Of a DNA stretch of 64,000 nucleotides, positions 58,679 to 64,000 are shown one piece after another. Position 1 is the stretch's first letter. Every line of letters begins with the position of its first letter. The stretch is from Flavobacteriaceae bacterium (GTDB lineage Bacteria > Bacteroidota > Bacteroidia > Flavobacteriales > Flavobacteriaceae), in contig JAUROD010000023.1 in the NCBI GenBank assembly GCA_030835845.1, positions 14,051 through 78,050 of the forward strand. The letters run 5' to 3'. A program made the translations under genes and the position numbers. The notes beneath the pieces are model-generated. The model worked only from the letters and a program-made list of their open reading frames with translations. It made no database searches and was not told where the DNA came from.

Positions 58679-61009
58679 TTATTCCTGAGATTGCAATAAC
58701 TGTTCCAAAGTAGTAAGGTCTGGTATTAGCACAGAACGTGCTTTACTTCCTTCGAATGGACCAACCACACCGGCTGCTTCCATTTGATCAATTATTCTTC
58801 CTGCTCGGTTATAACCTAATTTTAATTTTCGTTGGAGTAGGGAAGCAGAGCCTTGTTGTGCAATTACAATCACCTCGGCTGCTTCTCTAAATAGTACATC
58901 TCGATCGCTCACATCTAAATCCATTGGACTACTTTCTTCTCCCACATATTCGGGAAGTTGATACGCTTCAGGATATGCTTTTTGACTCCCAATATATGCT
59001 GCGATTTGTTCTACTTCTGGAGTATCTACAAATGCACATTGAATTCGTGTCAAATCATTTCCTTGGGTATAGAGCATATCTCCTCTTCCAATGAGTTGAT
59101 CTGCACCACCACTATCTAAAATTGTACGTGAATCTATTTTTGAGGTTACACGGAATGCAATTCGTGCTGGAAAATTGGCTTTGATTATTCCTGTAATCAC
59201 ATTGACTGATGGACGTTGGGTAGCTATAATTAAATGAATACCTATTGCTCGTGCCAATTGCGCTAAGCGTGCAATGGGTGTCTCAACTTCTTTCCCTGCA
59301 GTCATTATTAGGTCTGCAAATTCATCAACAACCAACACAATATAGGGCAAAAATTGATGTCCTTCGTTTGGGTTCAACTTACGTGCTTTAAACTTTGTAT
59401 TGTATTCTTTTAAGTTTCTACACATTGCATTTTTTAGCAACTCATAGCGGTTGTCCATCTCAATACAAAGTGAATTTAGAGTATTAATAACTTTGGTATT
59501 GTCTGTAATGATTGCATCCTCTGTATTGGGCAATTTTGCGAGGTAGTGACGTTCTATTTTATTATAAATATTTAACTCAACCTTTTTTGGGTCAACGAGG
59601 ATAAACTTCACCTCGGCTGGATGCTTATTATAAAGCAGTGAAGTCAATACTGCATTCAATCCAACTGATTTTCCTTGTCCTGTTGCACCTGCCATCAAAA
59701 GGTGAGGCATTTTTGCTAGATCGACTACAAATGTTTCATTGCTAATTGTTTTTCCTAACGCAATTGGTAATTCCATTTCGGCACGTTGAAATCGTTCTGA
59801 GGCTATCACTGAACGCATCGAAACAATTGTTGGTTTTTGATTGGGTACTTCTATCCCTATCGTTCCTTTTCCTGGTATTGGTGCAATGATTCTTATTCCA
59901 AGGGCAGAAAGAGACAATGCTATATCATCTTCTAAGTTTTTTATTTTTGAAATACGAATTCCAGCAGCTGGAACAATTTCATAAAGGGTGACAGTTGGAC
60001 CAATATTGGCTTTTATTTGCGCAATTTCTATTTTATAATTTCGAAGTGTTTCAATGATTTTGTTCTTGTTTTCTTCAAGCTCATCTTCATCTATTGTTAT
60101 CGTGGAACTTCCATAATCTTTCAATAAATCTAGGGTAGGAAAACGATAGTTGCCCAATTCAAGTCGTGGATCAAAGCGTCCAAATTTTTCTACTAGAGAT
60201 TTTGACAACTGCTCAACCTCATTTTCTTCAACGGGTACTAAAACCTCTATTTTAACCTCAGATGCCTTTGCTTGATCTTCTTTGGGTTTTGTTGCGACTG
60301 TCTCAGTTTCCATATCGGGATCTACTGTTTCTTTTTTTGCAGAAACGGGCGTTACACTTTCCTTTATTTGATCTGCTTCCTCTTGAAAACTTGATTCAAG
60401 AGGTGTTTTTTCATCTTTACTGAAATAATTTTTATACCATGCAATGATTTGTTCTGGGGTTACATTTAGATGAAGCACAAGTACGAAGAGTACAAGAAAT
60501 GACAACAAACACCACATTCCAATTGCTCCTATATACGAAACAATAAAATCCGTAATCTCTAAACCGACAATACCTCCTAAAAAAGGAAATAAGGAGGTAA
60601 AACGTGCCGCAATTAAAGAAATTAAAAGCACATAATATAATCCCCAAGTCCAACGTTTTAGTAAATCTTTTTTCTGAATATCAAAAAACAGGAACAGCCC
60701 TGTAGTTAGCATCAAATAAGTAACGATATAGGAGGCAATACCAAAAAGTTGATAAATAAAAAAATGACTTACTTCTGCCCCTATTTTACGTAAAATATTT
60801 GTGCTTTCAACTGTTCGATCAGCTAAGGTGTGTAAGCTACTTTGGTCGGCTTTCCAACTAAAAAAATACGAAGTAAAAGCAATAAAAAGAAGTATTGCGG
60901 AAAGAATCAAAAATGCTCCCAAGAGTATTTGACGAGATCGCTTTTTTTGCGGATCAGTTGTCTTGAAGGACGGCGTTTTTGGACGGGTCTGCTTCTTTTT
61001 AGTAGCCAT
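58679..61009 (-). CDS. ftsK: DNA translocase FtsK
   Basis: N-terminal TM domain, MPHLLMAGATGQGKS, VDEFADL, ATQRPS, gamma domain SLLQRKLKLGYNRAGR. Confidence 0.96.
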   Translation of the reverse strand: MATKKKQTRPKTPSFKTTDPQKKRSRQILLGAFLILSAILLFIAFTSYFFSWKADQSSLHTLADRTVESTNILRKIGAEVSHFFIYQLFGIASYIVTYLMLTTGLFLFFDIQKKDLLKRWTWGLYYVLLISLIAARFTSLFPFLGGIVGLEITDFIVSYIGAIGMWCLLSFLVLFVLVLHLNVTPEQIIAWYKNYFSKDEKTPLESSFQEEADQIKESVTPVSAKKETVDPDMETETVATKPKEDQAKASEVKIEVLVPVEENEVEQLSKSLVEKFGRFDPRLELGNYRFPTLDLLKDYGSSTITIDEDELEENKNKIIETLRNYKIEIAQIKANIGPTVTLYEIVPAAGIRISKIKNLEDDIALSLSALGIRIIAPIPGKGTIGIEVPNQKPTIVSMRSVIASERFQRAEMELPIALGKTISNETFVVDLAKMPHLLMAGATGQGKSVGLNAVLTSLLYNKHPAEVKFILVDPKKVELNIYNKIERHYLAKLPNTEDAIITDNTKVINTLNSLCIEMDNRYELLKNAMCRNLKEYNTKFKARKLNPNEGHQFLPYIVLVVDEFADLIMTAGKEVETPIARLAQLARAIGIHLIIATQRPSVNVITGIIKANFPARIAFRVTSKIDSRTILDSGGADQLIGRGDMLYTQGNDLTRIQCAFVDTPEVEQIAAYIGSQKAYPEAYQLPEYVGEESSPMDLDVSDRDVLFREAAEVIVIAQQGSASLLQRKLKLGYNRAGRIIDQMEAAGVVGPFEGSKARSVLIPDLTTLEQLLQSQE

Positions 61010-61027
61010 AGATTGTTAGCGTATGTA

Positions 61028-61035
61028 CAAATTTA
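61028..61035 (-). promoter_or_regulatory. -7 promoter box TAAATTTG of ftsK
   Basis: caaattta on + strand, 18 nt upstream of the ftsK start. Confidence 0.6.
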
Positions 61036-61086
61036 CAAATAATGTATGGATATAAGAGACCCATTTATAAATCCAAACCAAAAATT

Positions 61087-61115
61087 AAACACCCTACCTT
61101 TTGGGTAGGGTGTTT
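61087..61115. terminator. stem-loop, probable intrinsic terminator
   Basis: AAACACCCTACC-ttttg-GGTAGGGTGTTT 12-bp hairpin between the DUF285 remnant and the ftsK promoter. Confidence 0.7.
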
Positions 61116-61156
61116 CTCCTTTTTTTTTAATTTTTAAATTTCGCTTAATGTACAGA

Positions 61157-61648
61157 TTAAGGGGTAGGATTACATTGGGTATTTGTTCCTTCTGTGTCTA
61201 CAAAAATAGACCAACCATACGTATCGATTAAAATATTTCTTGCAGCCACATTACAATGGTAGTTAGGAGGTGCTCGAAAAGAAATATTATTTTGTAAACT
61301 TAACTTTGACCACCCATCTAATAGTTTGTCATAGTTTGCCGCACTAAATGCTGAAGCATCCTCAAAGATAACAGACATATTTGTTACTTTTGAAACATTC
61401 CAATTAGAGATATCTCCATTAAAATTTGTAGTTCTACCAAACATACCATTCATATTTGTCACACTTGCAGTATTCCAAGAGGAGAGGTCTTGACTAAATG
61501 TTGAAGCACCCTTAAACATGTGATTCATGTTTGTTACATTAAACACGTTCCAAGTAGTTATATTTCCGTTAAAAGAAGAAGTATTAGAAAATACACGTTC
61601 AATATTTGTTATGGTTGAAGTGTTCCAAGAAGAAAAGTGAGATGTAGT
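61157..61648 (-). pseudogene. 5'-truncated DUF285/BspA-type surface repeat protein remnant
   Basis: Four 25-aa repeats (SSWNTSTITNIERVF / TTWNVFNVTNMNHMF / SSWNTASVTNMNGMF / SNWNVSKVTNMSVIF) plus the NYDKLLDGWS cap. The frame opens directly after TAG at 61651-61649 with no start codon or signal peptide. Confidence 0.7.
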
Positions 61649-61799
61649 CTATTGATAATAGGGAAGTTATCTAAAAAATGAAATCAAGTTTAGGGTGTAA
61701 ATTGAACTTTATTTTTGTTCAATTGATTTTGTTTGATGTAGTTGTTAATCTAAAAAGTATTTGGAAACTATGATGATCAGTAGCATATTGACAAGGAAT

Positions 61800-61830
61800 A
61801 AAAAAACCACCTTATGCGAATAAGGTGGTT
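61800..61830 (-). terminator. intrinsic terminator after katG
   Basis: AACCACCTTAT-gcga-ATAAGGTGGTT hairpin with an A run on + strand. Confidence 0.82.
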
Positions 61831-61853
61831 GAATAAATTAAATGTGAAATAAT

Positions 61854-64000
<2,147 letters not shown>

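Noticed and set aside
3323-60653. Many 60-115 aa ORFs overlapping larger genes (e.g. 3323, 4881, 9473, 11574, 19853, 23406, 41037, 45095, 57228)
   Set aside because: Nested in or antisense to well-supported CDSs, with no recognisable domains.
61157-61648. 75-nt periodicity as a possible CRISPR or DNA-level repeat array
   Set aside because: Repeats are conserved at protein level (DUF285), not as identical DNA repeats with spacers; no cas genes.

Overview
AT-rich, very gene-dense chromosomal segment of a Bacteroidota bacterium, most consistent with a streamlined marine Flavobacteriaceae member (TAnnTTTG promoter boxes, a type IX secretion C-terminal domain, flavobacterial gene order such as DUF493-DUF4290-murA and ftsK-lolA-lptF-ribB). 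It contains glycerol and acetate utilisation genes, three Na+:solute symporters, an orphan alkane monooxygenase (alkB), two tRNAs (Met-CAT, Ser-TGA), housekeeping genes (HU, fmt, recQ, murA, maf, kdsC, ccsBA, ribB, lptF, lolA, ftsK) and katG. No integrase, transposase, CRISPR array or rRNA is visible. Two loci stand out. (1) A tightly coupled 8-gene operon (32807->25616) with four different photolyase/cryptochrome classes, an SRPBCC protein, a Tyr-less SDR, DUF2256 and TIGR03643, preceded by a 9-bp inverted repeat; one member has His at the flavin N5-proximal position and lacks the proximal triad Trp. (2) A DUF1800 / DUF1501 / lipoprotein / Rieske locus beside tRNA-Ser, in which DUF1501 carries both a twin-arginine signal and a T9SS sorting domain while DUF1800 has no signal peptide. 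Reading by eye also gave two unannotated small membrane ORFs, an ATPase that needs a non-canonical start codon, a class IV aminotransferase apparently lacking its PLP lysine, a probable frameshifted bactofilin tail and a 5'-truncated DUF285 remnant. All family calls are from motif recognition; no searches were run.
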